Shown here piece after piece: positions 1-22,737 of a DNA stretch of 64,000 nt. Location: NCBI RefSeq assembly GCF_009914755.1, contig NC_060938.1; one strand, 5' to 3'. The stretch comes from the human T2T-CHM13v2.0 reference genome, Homo sapiens. The notes beneath the pieces were generated by a model. It ran no database searches. It was not told the origin of the DNA and saw only the letters and a program-made list of their open reading frames with translations. Numbering within the stretch: position 1 is the first letter of the stretch; each line of letters starts with the position of its first letter. The position numbers and the translations under genes were made by a program.

Positions 1-159
1 ACAGTGAGCCAAGATCGTGCCACTGCACTCCAGCCTGGGTGACATAGGGAGACTCTGTCTCAAAAAAAAAGAAATCCCAATTTAAACTTGGGCCACTACT
101 ACTGCACAATGATATGCTCAACAACAAAGTAAAACTGACTACATTTAATTTAATCCATT

Positions 160-420
160 TAGCACTGAAAGTTAAGAGTATGAGCTCTGGAGCCAAACTA
201 TCTAGGTTTGAATCCCAGTTCTACCACTTACTCTATGATATTGGGCAAATCACTTACCTTCTCTATCTCAGATTCCCTACCAGTAACATAAAGATTATAA
301 TAGTAGCTGCCCTCACAGGAGTTATCATGAGGATTAAATTAGTTAGTGCATGTAAAGCACTTAGAACGCTTCTTGGAATGTAGCATTGGCTGCTGCTAGT
401 ACTAATATTATCATTATTAT
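160..420. mobile_element. MIR
   Basis: ggtttgaatcccagttctaccactta...ttgggcaaatcacttacctt...tgtaaagcacttagaac. Confidence 0.8.
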
Positions 421-989
421 CCGATACTTTACTAGGCTATCAGTTCTCACAAGTGGCCCAAATATAGAATAGTTTCCTAACCAGATCACACTATTTTAAC
501 ATTCTTGAATCAGTGATTCAATCAGTGAATCAAATTCAGAAAGTACCTCTAGGCTGGGTGCAGTGGCTCACACCTGTAATCCCAGCACTCTGGGAGGATG
601 AGGTGGGAGAACTGCTTGAGGTGAGGAGTTCGAGACCAGCCTAGACAACATAGCGAGACTTCATCTTTATTTTTAAATTTTGTAATAGAAAAAAAAAATG
701 AAAAAACCATAGCTCTCTACAAAACACAGCCTGAAGTCTTTCTTTTGAATCATTCAACTTATCAAAGTTCCCACCAATATTAACCAATAGCAAATATTTA
801 CTCCAAAAAATCAACATGAATTATCACTATATGAAAGTTCTGAGAAATCTTCTATTTGGAATAATTATTTCATTTTATTTTTAATTATAAATCCATCTCC
901 CATCTCTGCTCTTACAAATGAGAATAAATCTGGATCCATAAGTAGTAATAAAACACACAATCTTTTACTAAGATATTTACTATCAATCT

Positions 990-2060
<1,071 letters not shown>

Positions 2061-2729
2061 ACTTAGAAATTATCTGTTGTCTACAATAATGATGTAGAAT
2101 TTACTATACAATGAGGATGCCTATTTTTAGCCTTATTTTTAGTTTCTTCAAATTCTGTCTCATTTTAAAGTACATTTTAAACAGTCTCTAGTTGAAGATC
2201 ATTTTGATTCTGAAAATAACCTTACTTTTTGTTTAGTAACTCACTTGGGTTTTCTTATCACAATAGAAACTTTTGAAGGATTTTTGTTTTGTTTTGTTTT
2301 TGTTGACGGAGTCCCGCTCTGTCGCCCAGGATGGACCACAGTAGCGTGATCTCGGCTCACTGCAACCTCTGCCCCCTGGGTTCAAGGGATTCTCCTGCCT
2401 CAGCCTCCTGAGTTTTAGCTGGGATTACAGGTGCATGCCACCATGTCTGGCTAATTTTTGTATTTTTAGTAAAGACACGGTTTCACCATGTTGGCCAGGC
2501 TCGTCTTGAACTCCTAATCTCATGATCCGCCCACCTTGGGCTCCCAAAGTGTTGAGATTACAAGCGTGAGCCACCGTGCCCAGCTTTGAAGGATTTTTAA
2601 ATTGGTACCTTTCAGAAGCAAATAAGTCACAGGGTTTTATTAAATGACACTCTTATAGAAACTCTTGGCCGGGCGCGGTGGCTCACACCTGTAATCCCAG
2701 CACTTTCGGAGGCTGAGGCGGGCGGATCA

Positions 2730-3110
<381 letters not shown>

Positions 3111-4216
3111 TCAAGTGATCCTCCCACCTCAGCCTCCCGAGTAGCTGGGCCTACAGGCACACACCACCATGCCTGGCTAATTTTTGTATATTTTATAGAG
3201 ATGAGGTTTTGCCATGTTGCCCAGGCTGGCCTGGAACTGCTGAGCTCAGGCAATCCAGCCTCCCAAAGTGCTGGGATTACAGGCATAAGCCATCACGCCT
3301 GGCCTATTTTTCTCTTAATCGTGCTCAGTCCATATTCATCTAACTGAAGTGTTCTCTCCAGAAATTACTCATGTAAGAAGAGACTGGCTTAAAATGACTA
3401 CTGTGATGGAAACAATGCCATAGGGAGATACAACCTGGATCTGAGGTAAACTGAATACTGTAATCAACAAACTGGCTTACAGCTTGCAATTTTCTATTGA
3501 TTATGGTTTCCTCAGTAAAACAACAGATGTAAGAAACAAAAAAGGACTACTACTCAGCAATAAAAAAGAATGTATTACTGATTAACACAATAACATGGAT
3601 GAATCTCAAAAGTATTAAGCAAAAGTAGTGATGTTCATTTTAAAAATGCATATGGAATGATTCCATTTACATGAAATCCAAGAACACATTTAAAAGCAGA
3701 AAGTAGCTAGGGAGAGGGAGGGCAAAAGAACTTGGCGGGGACATGAAACAACAACTTTCTACAGATCATTTGTACAGATTAAGTCACAGTTCTGAATATT
3801 ATTCATCCCTAGATTCCACATAAGGATCAGGGATCACCCAAAAGAAAAATGGACCAAGAACAGGAATAAGCAACTTCACTTAAAGGAAATGTTAATGATC
3901 ATATTTTAAATGTCCCACTAGTGACCAAATAAATACAAATTTCAGAAACCAGTTACTATTTCCTATCAAATTTGCAAATATTTTAAAATAATAACATGCT
4001 GGCAAAGCTGTATATCTCAATCTCATACACTGTTAATGGAAATGTAAACTTGTACAGCCATTCTAGAAAGCAACTGTGCAATGTTTTGCTCTCCTGAGAG
4101 CTCTAGAAATGTTAATACACTTTGACTTGATAATTCCACTTACAATAATCTATTTTGAGAATACAGAAATACTGAAAGTCATATTTAGCAATATTCATTG
4201 TGTTTTATAATAATCA

Positions 4217-4690
<474 letters not shown>

Positions 4691-6109
4691 TTATCTATAT
4701 AGTAAAATATGCACGAAGAAAAAACAGAAACAGACAATAAATGTTAATGTAATTTTTTAAAATGAATTAGGGGCCAACATCATAGAAACTATGATTATAT
4801 TTCACAAGTGTCTGGGTTTCATTATAAGAACACAAGTGATATCCCTCACTAAGTAGGTCTAGTGGAGGGGAGAACAAAAAGACTAAAAGAATAAGAACAT
4901 TCATTAAAGGAAAAAACCATTAGCATTATTTCAGATATGAATACGCAACTTATCAAATGAAGTCAAAGTCCTTCACGGTATCTTAACAAATCTATAATCA
5001 AGAAAAAGTTACAGAACTCAGTTCAATGCAAATATATACCAACCATGTTTAATCCAAACTGGGGAAAATAATTAGATGATTTAGTGATTTTCCACAGAAC
5101 TGAGCTCAGCTCTTTTACAAAGCAACAAAAGAAGGGAAAGAGACTGCCAGAAGTCAAGCCAGCAACCTGATTTCCTAGGAAATTAGTTTTTACTTGGCAA
5201 AGTACCGGCCTCTAAAGAAGCACAACTCTACAAATAGAGATGAGACACATAAAACTCGAACACTCTGTAAAAAAATGTATGCTTTTCCCTTTGCTCTTAA
5301 GATCTCTAAAAGTGAATAATTAATGACTATTAAAAACAGGGGGAAAAAGACCCAATTTAGAGTTAAACATTCTAAAAACAGTAAGTTTCTTTCAAAATGC
5401 TAAGCAAATCTTACAAATTGTAAAATAATTATATTTTTGTTATTTTGAAAATTAAAAGGAAAATATGCCATTTCTAACCTTCAGTTAGGATTACATGGGA
5501 GACTTTAATATTAACTATATTAATTATGGATTTAAATTTATCAAGGTTAATACAATCTTTACAACACTTCTATGTTTTTAATCATCACTACAGAACATTT
5601 CCTTGAATTTTCAATTTAAAAAATAAAACCTTTACATGTGATCTTCCTTCAGAAAAAGGCTATGTGTAATAATACAAAAGAAGAGTCTTCTTAAGATAAA
5701 AAGGGTGCTAGGATAGGTGAATTAAAGAGGAGAAAGGAGAGAGAAAGAGAAAGGAACAGGTATGAATCTTTTCTTCCTTTAAGTCACATGTTTAAGGACC
5801 TGACCCTGATTTCTATTTAATGGCTTAGCACTGGAAGCTTCCAAATAACTAATGACACAAGGATGCCCAGTAGGCAGAGAAATAGCAGCTGAACTTCATT
5901 TACCGTTCAAGTATAAGGTTAACATAAGGATGAAATTATATACAACCTGTATATTTAAATCAGTGGATTCATTTATAACCTATTCTTGCAACTCTAAACT
6001 GCTTCCCTCATACAATGACCCCAACTGCCACTCTAGACCAAAAGGCCAACAAATTGCTATTGGAAAAATTAGTGATAAAGCAGAAAATTTTATTAAACTT
6101 TGTAACAAA

Positions 6110-8830
<2,721 letters not shown>

Positions 8831-9172
8831 ACTTTTTTTTCTTTTTTTGAGACAGGGTCTGGCTCTGTCGTCCCATCTGGAGTGTAGTGGTGCAATCTCA
8901 GCTCACTGCAACCTCTACCTCCTCGGCTCAAGTGATCCTCCTGCCTCAGCCTCCTGAGTAGCTGGGACTACAAGCACATGCCTCCATGACTGGCTAATTT
9001 TTGCATTTTTGTAGAGATGGAGTTTCACCATGATGACCAGACTGATATCAAACTCCCAAGCTCAAGCAATCTGCCTTCCTTGGCCTCCCAAAGCACTGTG
9101 CTGGGAATACTGGTTTGAGCCACTGCACCCAGCCCTGTTTACCTTAAATACGTGCAGTTTCACCGTACATCA

Positions 9173-9561
<389 letters not shown>

Positions 9562-9622
9562 TCAAAAAAAAAAAAAAAAAGTAGAAAAAACAGGCTGAGA
9601 GGATTGATCGATTGATGATTGA

Positions 9623-9840
<218 letters not shown>

Positions 9841-9894
9841 TGAGCTCAAGCAATCTGCCCTCCTCCACCTCCCAAAGTATTTATTTATTTTTGA

Positions 9895-9999
<105 letters not shown>

Positions 10000-10179
10000 T
10001 GAGTGGCTGGGATTACAGGCACGCACCACCTTGCCCGGGCCGAGAGCTTTTAAATATGACAAACCTTTTTAAAGGTCAAAATATTGGCTGGGCACAGTGG
10101 CGGATGCCTGTAAACCCAACACTTTGGGAGGCCAAGGCTGGTGGATCACGACATCAGGAGATTGAGACCACCCTGGCTA

Positions 10180-10404
<225 letters not shown>

Positions 10405-10608
10405 TCACATGGTAATAGCTGAATTTTCAGCATCCATTGATGGAGAAAATAATCAAAACACAACCAAAGCTACCCTGAATTGAGGCAAGCCTTTAAAATA
10501 AAGATGTTTAAAACTCATCTCAATATTTATTTGAAGAATGAAACTATATATACATACATACATATGTTTAGAACATATTGCTTTAGTCTACAATTTTTCT
10601 CTAGATCA

Positions 10609-10973
<365 letters not shown>

Positions 10974-11322
10974 TCAATACAGTACTTAAATATTATCTTA
11001 AATAAAAGAGGTCAAGCCTAATGAAAATTTATCTAATAGGTTCCCTAGCTATATTTCATAATTCAAAAGAATTTAGAGATTAGCTGTAACACTACTAACG
11101 TGGGTGCAGATATTTAAGAATTTACTAGCCTAGGCAACACAGGAGATCCCAACACTACAAAAAAAGTTAAAAATTAGGTGGACATGATGGCATGTACCTG
11201 TAATCCCAACTACCCAGGAGGCTGAGGCAAGAGGACTGCCTGAGTCCCAGGAGTTTAAGGCTGCAGTTAGCTATGATGGTGCCACTGTACTGCAGCCTGA
11301 GTGACAAAGTGAGACCCTGTCT

Positions 11323-11365
<43 letters not shown>

Positions 11366-11946
11366 TACAGCTGATTTATAGCTGGATAAAATAAAGATTC
11401 ACGTTTTTCCAGAGATGGACTAGACTGAAAATGTGACAAAGTCAAAAAGAATTCAAGATTCCTTTTCATGTCTAAATGAAGTTTAAATTTCATAGTACAA
11501 TTTAATATACAAGACTCTTTTCCAGTCCACACAAATAACACAGAGAAAGTTTTTTACCTCCCACCTGCTTCGGTAAAAATGCTGGGTCCTTGCAACAGTA
11601 AATGTAGCTAACATTTACTGGGCATTTACTATGAACTAAACAGTATGTTAAATTGTTTAACTTTGCATGGATTATCTCATATAACCTTCAAAGCCATTTA
11701 TTTTGAAGATAAGAAAACCAGCAAAAAGAGTTAACTTGCCTAAGAAAGCAGAGCTGAAGGTGAATTCAGGCAATTGGAGTTCATTTTACCATACCACCTC
11801 CTATTAGTTCACGTCATAAACTCAGCCCCCAATGTGGGGGAGGGGTTCCATCATTCATCAGTACATTTATGTAAATCAGAGAATAACAAAAAAGATAAAA
11901 GTCCTGACTGCAAAAAATTAACAACTTATGAAGAAATGAAATTTAA

Positions 11947-12348
<402 letters not shown>

Positions 12349-12936
12349 TAGATCACAAGGTCAGGAGTTCGAGACCAGCCTGGCCAATATGGTGAAACCC
12401 CGTCTCTACTAAAAAATACAAAAATTAGCCAGGCGTGGTGGCACACCCTGTAATCCCAGCTACTCAGGAGGCTGAGGAGGAGAATCACTTGAACTCGGGA
12501 GGCAGAGGTTGCAGTGAGCCAAGATAGTGCCACTGCACTCCAGCCTGGGCGACAGAGTGCGACTTTGTCTCAAAAAAAAAAAAAAAAATCCTTAACATGA
12601 CAAAATGCCAAACTGTATGGTTTCTAAAACTAGTCTAGAGCATTTTGGGAGGCCAAAGCAGGAGAATCACTTGAGGCTAGCAGCTCAAGACTAGCCTCGG
12701 CAGCATAACAAGACCTCATATCTTAAAAAAAAAAAATTAATAAATAAACATAAAATTAACTTTGGGAGGCTGAGGCAGAAGGATCACTTGAGCCCAGGAG
12801 TTGGAGAACAGCCTGGGCAACATAGTGAGACCCCAGTTCTATTTTTAAATAACTTTTTTAAAAATAAAAATAAGGCCGGGCGCAGTGGCTCACGCCTGTA
12901 ATCCCAGCACTTTGGGAGGCCGAGATGGGCAGATCA

Positions 12937-13203
<267 letters not shown>

Positions 13204-14796
13204 TCAGCACTTTGGGAGGCTAAGGTGGGCAGATCACGAGGTCAGGAGTTCGAGACCAGACTGGCCAACATAGTGAAACCCCGTCTCTACTAAAAATACA
13301 AAAAATTAGCTGGGCGTGGTGGCAGGTGCCTGTAATCCCAGCTACTCAGGCGGCTGAGGCAGAAGAGTCACTTGAACCCAAGAGGTGGAGGTTGCCATGA
13401 GCCGAGATCACGCCATTGCGCTCCAGCCCAGGCGACAGTGCAAGACTCCATCTCAAAAAATAAATAAATATATATAAAATTAGTCTAGAGTATTACAGAA
13501 AGATACTAAGAAATGAACAATAGGCTGAGCACAGTGTCTGACACTTATAATCCCAGCACTTTGGGAGACTGAGGCAGGAGGATCACTAAAAAGGAAAAAA
13601 AAACAAACAAACCTGCGCAACATAGAATGACCTCATCTCTACAAAAAAAAAAAGAAAAGAAAAAATAAAGAACAACATTTGATGTAACATGTTAACATTT
13701 TTATAAATGACCAGTCATGTAAATGGACATTTGCAGTTCATTTTCTTGCCGATTTTTTTTTTTTTTTGAGATGGAGGCTGACTCTGTCACCCAGGCTGGA
13801 GTGCAGTGGCACAATCATGGCTCACTACAATGCCCCCTACCCTACCCCCAACCCTCGGGTTCAAGCGATTCTCCCACCTCAGCCTCCCTAGTAGCTGGGA
13901 CAACAGGCATGCACCACCACACCCAGCTACTTTTTTGTATTTTTAGTAAAGACTGGGTTTTACCACGTTGGCCAGGCTGGTCTCGAACTCTGAGCTCAAG
14001 TGATTCGCCTGCCTCGGCCTCCCAAACTGCTGGGATTACAGGCATGAGCCACCGCATCTGGCCTCTAATATTTTCAATATAGTATTTGGGACTGCTTTCC
14101 TTGCAAGAGTTAAGGAAGACTTACTTGGCTACTACAGGAAATATCTTTCCTTCATACCACCAATGCTAGATAATTTTCAAAAACAAGAATGAATCAACTC
14201 TTTAAAATAATAATTCAAAATTATGTTCACTGATGAGATTTGAAGTCTATTACATCATGAATGTGATGGAAATTGTACACCTTTCATCAGAGACAATAAA
14301 TAATATAGCTTTTAACAGCTTTATTTTTTTTAATTTATAATAGAGATAGGGTCTTGCTACGTTGCCCAGGCTTTTATCAAAACCCTAGGCTCCAGCAATT
14401 CTCCCTCCTTGGCTCCCAAAGTGCTGGGATTAAAGGCATGAGCCACCACACCAGGCCAGATTTTAACAGCTTTCTACAAATACAGATTTTTCTTTCATTT
14501 GACCAAATCCTTAACTAAGGAAGATACAGGGCTTAAATTCTGAAATAAAAACTATTTCTACTTGAATTGCGAAGATAAATATATTAACTCCAGGGAAAAA
14601 TAAGCTGGTTCTAACTGGCATTTAGAACTAATTTAAAATCATTAACAATATCAGTAAATAAAATAATTCAATAAAAGCAATGATTTTAATAACAAAATCA
14701 GTAAATAATATAATGCTCAATTGTTTTTTTCTAGTAGTAGGATTAATGGTTTCCACTGTTGTCAAAAACTCACATGTATTTGGAAGAGGACCAGGT

Positions 14797-15527
14797 ACAG
14801 TCACATCTTGGTATCTGAGGGGGACTCGATCCAGGACCCCATGGATACCAAAATCTGCAGATATCCCAGTTCCTTATGTATAATGGCATAGTACAGTCGG
14901 TCCTCTGTATCCATGGGTCCCACACAGGAGGATTCAACCAATCTTGCATCAAATATATTCGGAAAAAAAAAATGGATGGTTGTAATGAACATGTACCTAC
15001 TTTTCTTTCTTGTCATTATACCCTAAACAATACAGTATAACTATGTACATAACATTTATATCATATTAGGTTGGTGTAAAAGTAATTGTGTTTTTGCTAT
15101 TACTTTTAATGGCAAAAGCTGCAATTACTTTTGCACCAACCTAATATTAAGTATTATAATTAATCTAGAGAAATAATTCAAAGTATACGGGAGAATGTGT
15201 GCAGGTTATATGTAAATACTACACCATCTTATATAAGTGACCTGTGCATCTATGGATTTTGGTATATTGGGGTCCTGGAATCAATCCCCCACTGATACCT
15301 GTATTTGCATATAACCTGCACACATTCTCCCATATATGTTATATCATCTCTAGATTACTTATTAATATAATACCTAATACAATGTAAAAGCTATGTAAAT
15401 ACTTATACTGTATTTATTCGTATTATTTGTATTGTTTTATTTTTTATTGGGTTTTCTTTCCAAATATTTTCTATCAACTGCTGGTTGAATCCAAGGATGC
15501 AGAATACACAGATAAGGGCTGACTATA
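14797..15527. mobile_element. MER2-like (TcMar-Tigger) pieces in opposite orientations, interrupted by MADE1
   Basis: Typical motifs ggataccaaaatctgcagat, ttgcatataacctgcacac, tctagattacttat and ggttgaatccaaggatgcagaa on both strands. Confidence 0.75.
15066..15144. mobile_element. MADE1 (Hsmar1-derived mariner MITE)
   Basis: TTAGGTTGGTGTAAAAGTAATTG...CAATTACTTTTGCACCAACCTAA terminal inverted repeats with TA target duplication at 15064-15065 and 15145-15146. Confidence 0.93.
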
Positions 15528-15659
15528 ATATGATAGATAAACAGCCTGTGACCACACAACAAAATATTAGCTTCATTTACCCCATGTTTCAGTCTAATAC
15601 ACCAAAATAAACCAACCACAAAAACAAACTGAAGTAGTAAATGTTTAAAATATATGTAA

Positions 15660-15896
<237 letters not shown>

Positions 15897-16104
15897 TGAT
15901 CCGCCCACTTTGGCCTCCCAAAGTGCTGGGATTACAGATGTGAGCCACCGCGCCCAGCCTTAAAATACCTGTAATGTTTTAAAGTCGACTCTGGTTTTCC
16001 TAGCTGCCACAATGCTTACAATAACAGTATCTGGAATATTAGCCCATCCTAAAAGAGAAGTCTATAATAGATCTAATGTGATAATTATTAATAATTAACA
16101 ATTA

Positions 16105-16345
16105 CAATTTGTTAAGTGCCCACTATGGGCAAAATGCTATACACTACACAAAATGCTTTTCATTTAATTCTCACCATCACCCTGATGTGGAGGATAGCAT
16201 AAGCTCCATTTTATGGATGACGAAACTGAATCTAAAAGAAGTTTAATAAACTGCTCAATTAGTAAATTAACGATAAAGTCAAGATTCAAAATCATGGTCA
16301 CACAATTATAATGAATTTTGTCCATTCTGTCATGCTGCCTCTGGA
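16105..16345. mobile_element. MIR
   Basis: catttaattctcacc...ccattttatggatgacgaaactga...caagattcaaa. Confidence 0.6.
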
Positions 16346-16571
16346 CATAAATGATGCTCTTTCAATTTCATAACATGGCAGTCACAAATATATTTCTGTC
16401 ATCAGCAGGCTATTCTATGGTTCTGTGAGATACTAGTTTGGAGGAAAAAAAAGTTTTATCTTGATTAAAGAATACTGGGAGCTAGGCTGGGCGCAGTGGC
16501 TCACGCCTGTAATCCCAACACTTTGGGAGGCCAAGGCAGGTGGATTACTTGAGGTCAGGAGTTTGAGATCA

Positions 16572-16790
<219 letters not shown>

Positions 16791-16992
16791 TTAAAACTTC
16801 TTATAACAAAGTCGCTTATATTAAAAGAAATTAAGTAAATAAACCAAACGCAGTGACTCACGCCTGTAATCCCAGCACTTTGGGAGGCCGAGGCAGGAGG
16901 ATCACTTGAGGCCAGGAGTTCAAGACTAGCCTGAGCAACACGGTGAAATCCCGTCTCTACTAAAAATACAAAAAAGTTAGCTGGGCATGCTA

Positions 16993-17187
<195 letters not shown>

Positions 17188-17206
17188 TCACGAGGTCAGG
17201 AGTTCA

Positions 17207-17404
<198 letters not shown>

Positions 17405-18006
17405 CTAAAAAAAAAAAAAAAAAACCTACAACAAAAATTAGCCAGGCATAGTGGCATGCCCCTGTAGTCCCAGCTACTCGGTAGCCTGACGCAGGACAAT
17501 TGCTTGAACCTGGGAGGTGGAGATTTCAGTGAGCCGAGATTGTGCCACTGCACTCCAGCCTGGGCATCTTTAAATAAAATAAATTAAGTAAATAAACCTT
17601 CACAAATTATCTACATGATAAAATCAAAATGTACCTGAGATGTACATATGCACAAGTGACTAGACGAAAGTATCACTATTACTTTTCCAAAGTCAAAGGT
17701 AACCAAGGCCAATCTTAAATAAAGTTACAAATTTAGCTGATTTCTGTGTCCCTGGTTGCCCCAGCTTTGCCTTTATTCAGAGCTAAGCAGTATTCTACAG
17801 TTTTTCCCTCTTCTTCCCTAATTAAACTAGAAATGTTCCAAATTAACTATAATTCACCTTAATATAATCAAGTTACCATAATTAAGATTTTGCTGTCCTA
17901 CTCAGGTAATTGAAGACTTTGATCTTGGTTAAAAGAACGTAAGATAGCCTGAGCACGGTAGCTCATGCCTGTAATCCCAACACTTTGGGAGGACTGCCTG
18001 AGTTTA

Positions 18007-18330
<324 letters not shown>

Positions 18331-19123
18331 TCAAAAACAAAACAAAACAAAACAAAACTGGGCAGCCTGTAGTCCCAGCAACTGGAGAGGCTGAGGCAGA
18401 AGGATCACCTGAGCCCAGAATGTTGAGGCTGCAGTGAGCCGAGATCATGCCACTGCATACTCCCTCCACGTCAAAAGAGCAAGACACCGTCTCAAAAAAA
18501 AGGAACGTAACTTATCAGCAAACAAGTGGGGAGAAACAGGGTTTTCGTGGGTAGAGAGGGGGAAGTCACTGAACGTTAATTACTAATATAGCAACTCCTT
18601 GGTTAATGCATTTAAGATGACTGGGGGTCTCTTCCTAATCCCATACTCCACTGGAGAGGACAAGTGGGAAAGGTTGGTCTAGTTAAGGTTGCTGGGGACC
18701 TCCCAAGAGCTGCAGAAGCAGAGATAAGAAGAGCCTTCTTCTAAATCCACATGGTCCTTCCAAGGCTCTCATCCTCTAGGACTACCACTTCTCAGTCTAC
18801 TTACTTGTCTTCTGACATGCTTTCTTGAGGGGAAGAAAACAAAGGAAGAGTAATAACAAGCAGCAGAAACTGCAGAGAATGAAAAATAAGTCCATAGGAG
18901 AATGTTGCAAATAGAATCATCCTCCTTTACATATGTCACTCCAGGAAAACTGCCAAGAACCACTCATTCCTCTAGATACACTTCCTGTAGATCCTCCAGA
19001 CTCCTCCCTTAAGCACGTCAGTATTCTCCTTATTCTCCCTTCATTTCAATCCTCCTTTTGCCTCAAGATTTCGAAGTGCACTTTTTTTTATGGTTTCTTT
19101 TTGTTTTGTTTTGTTTTGTTTGA

Positions 19124-19228
<105 letters not shown>

Positions 19229-19499
19229 TGAGTAGCTGGGATTACAGGTATGTGCCACCACGCCCGGCTAATTTTGTATTTTTAGTAGAGACGGGATTTC
19301 TCCATGTTGGTCAGGCTGGTCTCAAACTCCTGACCTCAGGTGATCCACCCGCCTCAGCCTCCCAAAGTGCTGGGATTACAGGCATGAGCCACCACGCCTA
19401 GCCTCAAAGTGCACGTTTAATAATCTCCAAAATATATGGCAATATTGTACCTAGTATTTAATGATATCTTATTTATCACTACCTGTGTGTTGCAGCTGA

Positions 19500-19784
<285 letters not shown>

Positions 19785-20014
19785 TAGCCAGGATGGTCTC
19801 GATCTCCTGACCTCGTGATCCGTCTGCCTCGGCCTCCCAAAGTGCTGGGATTAAAGGCATGAGCCGCCGCACCCGGCCCCTTAAACAAATTTTCTTTGCC
19901 ACTAAAGGATGCACTATAATGTCAAGATTAAAAAAATAAGATAGCAAAAAAATTTTTTTTTAATTTAAGGAGTATATTGTTTTATTTCTCCCCAGCCCTA
20001 TCAGGAAAACATAA

Positions 20015-20200
20015 AATGAGGGAGGGAAAAAGTTGGGCGGGGGGGGAACGGTTGAAGAACTATTGGGTACTATGCTCACTACCTGGGTGACAGGACCAAT
20101 CATACCTCAAACCTCAGCATCACACAATATACCCATATAACCAACCTGCATATGTACTCTCAGAATCTAAACTAAAAGTTGAATTTTTTTTTTAAAAAAA
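20015..20200 (+). mobile_element. L1 3' end fragment (L1PB or old L1PA)
   Basis: tattgggtactatgctcactacctgggtgac...aacctcagcatcacacaatataccc...aacctgcatatgtac. Confidence 0.8.
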
Positions 20201-22057
20201 AGGAAAAAAATCAGAGTTCAGAAATCTGCAGAATTCAAGATCTATTCTCTAGAAATCAAAACCTGTTACACACAACAGATGTGTTTTGGCAAGTCCAAAG
20301 TAAAATGTAGCTTTTCAAGTACTCTATTATATAAAATACTTTTTTAAAGGTAATTAGTTTAGGAAGTTTCGAAGCAAACTAAAAAACTAGATATAGGGGT
20401 TTTATACTTTTAGAGAACTAGATTTTCAGTTACCCACATTTCTATTAGAATTTATTGTACAGCGAGTTGGAGAGCAGGAAGCAGAAAAGTAGATCAGAGA
20501 CTTATAAAACAAGACAAGGCTTCTCTGAAATAGAAAATAAACCTAATTAACTAGTGTTAATTGAACTTCTACTTTTTAAAATCACTTACCTAAATAAAAC
20601 TTCAGTATGTGAAACTGAGTCTCACTAAATAGCACAGTTAGGATTTTGGGATTTAAAAACCACCATTTATTCAACTACAGACAACCAAATCCCACTGTAA
20701 AATTATTTGGGCAATCAAAGCTATTCCTAGATAAGTATAATCAGATGAATAATAAGTCCACTTATTAAAACCAGGTAATCAAACTGCTCAATGTTCTCAA
20801 TTATGAAGAATGAACTTTTCTATTTGTCATATAGGATTTCTCATTCTTCCATCATTTGGTGTAGAACTGAATGATCTATATAAATGTACCATGACTTCAA
20901 CAACAACTCTAGTGCTAAGAATAATCCACTGAACTCAATGCAAGAAATCAAAAGCTTTCCTTCTCGAAACTTATGTCACAGAAAAAAAGCAGTAAATTTA
21001 TTTTGTGAAAAGTCTGCATCTGCTTTAGAACTCAGATATGCAATGGTTATATGCCTTGCAGTCTTCCAAATGAAAATAAAAATTTTAAGGAAATATAATC
21101 TGAAATAAAACTAAAAATTATTTTTGAGAGAGAAAAAAATAAACCAAAAATCCTGATGCAAAGCTATACCAACAGTTTCTTCACAATTTCATAAAACATT
21201 AATGAAGAGGTTACATAATCCCCTGGATTAAAGATTTTAAAGAAAGCTGCAAGGATCTCTTTCAGTTTTCAATACTGCTTCCTGTTCTTAACAGCCATAA
21301 AAACAGATCTAAATCAACTCCTAAATATAAACCATCTAGCTTTCAATGGAAGAAAAATCAAACCACGTACAGATAAAACATACATATTCTTTTTAAAAAC
21401 ACGCTGTAAATTACATTTAGGTTCCTCAAACAAGTTAAGTTTACAACATGTACCACATCCAGTTTATTCTCAAGGGAGAAAACCATTAAACAAAAGCTCC
21501 CTCTTAATAAATGATTTACTTTGTAGTTAAGCCTCTATCCCAGGTGCATTTTGCTGTCACATATTACCACTATTTCTTTTCTCTACAAAGACCTAGAAAC
21601 TGTATATCTAGTTCCTTTAAAAATATCTGTATATGTTTTATATTAGTGTAAGGATAAGAAATACTTAATATTTTTACTCTCTAAAAAGGAAATATCTTTT
21701 CATTTTTCTCTTTTGCAGTGTTTCTTACTTTGTTTTTGCTTATTTTCTATACATGAAATTTTCTCAAGTCAGTCCATTTCAGTGTTGTTTACTGTCAATA
21801 TGTCTGTGTATACTCAGGCTTTTACAAACAATGCTTTACAGTACAGTGATAAAAAAGAAAGGGTGAACAAGAGGGCACAAGTGAAACAAAAGCGGACAAC
21901 ATCTGAGAAACACCATTCAATTTCTCTGCCTCAGATTCCCTTAAGTTCTCATGCCAAAGATTCTCAATATCCAAAAAAGTTCCAGAGTCAGAGGCATAAC
22001 ACAATATGTGACAAGACAAACACAGGAGGAACCAAATCAGAAACTGAAGAAATTTAA

Positions 22058-22463
<406 letters not shown>

Positions 22464-22737
22464 TAGTACATACATGTAGGAGAAAAGTTTCCCAAAACAA
22501 TACTTTTCCTTACCAAATGCAATGTCAGTTTATTCTGTTCTACATTTTATTTTCAATGCAGGTAAAAACTCACAACATTGATTTTATAAATTACTAATAA
22601 ATCACAATCCACAGTTTGAAAAACACAGGCTAAAAATGAGTATCCTTTATAATAGGATCTTTTAGGCAATTTGCCTCTACCTGTCTCTTTAGCAGGTATT
22701 TTAAAGTTGCTACCATTATTACCGGTTTCATTAAAGT

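Noticed and set aside
21713-22057. 114-aa plus-strand ORF after a ttttgcag acceptor-like site
   Set aside because: AT-rich intronic sequence antisense to NUMB; no donor or partner exons found and no recognisable protein
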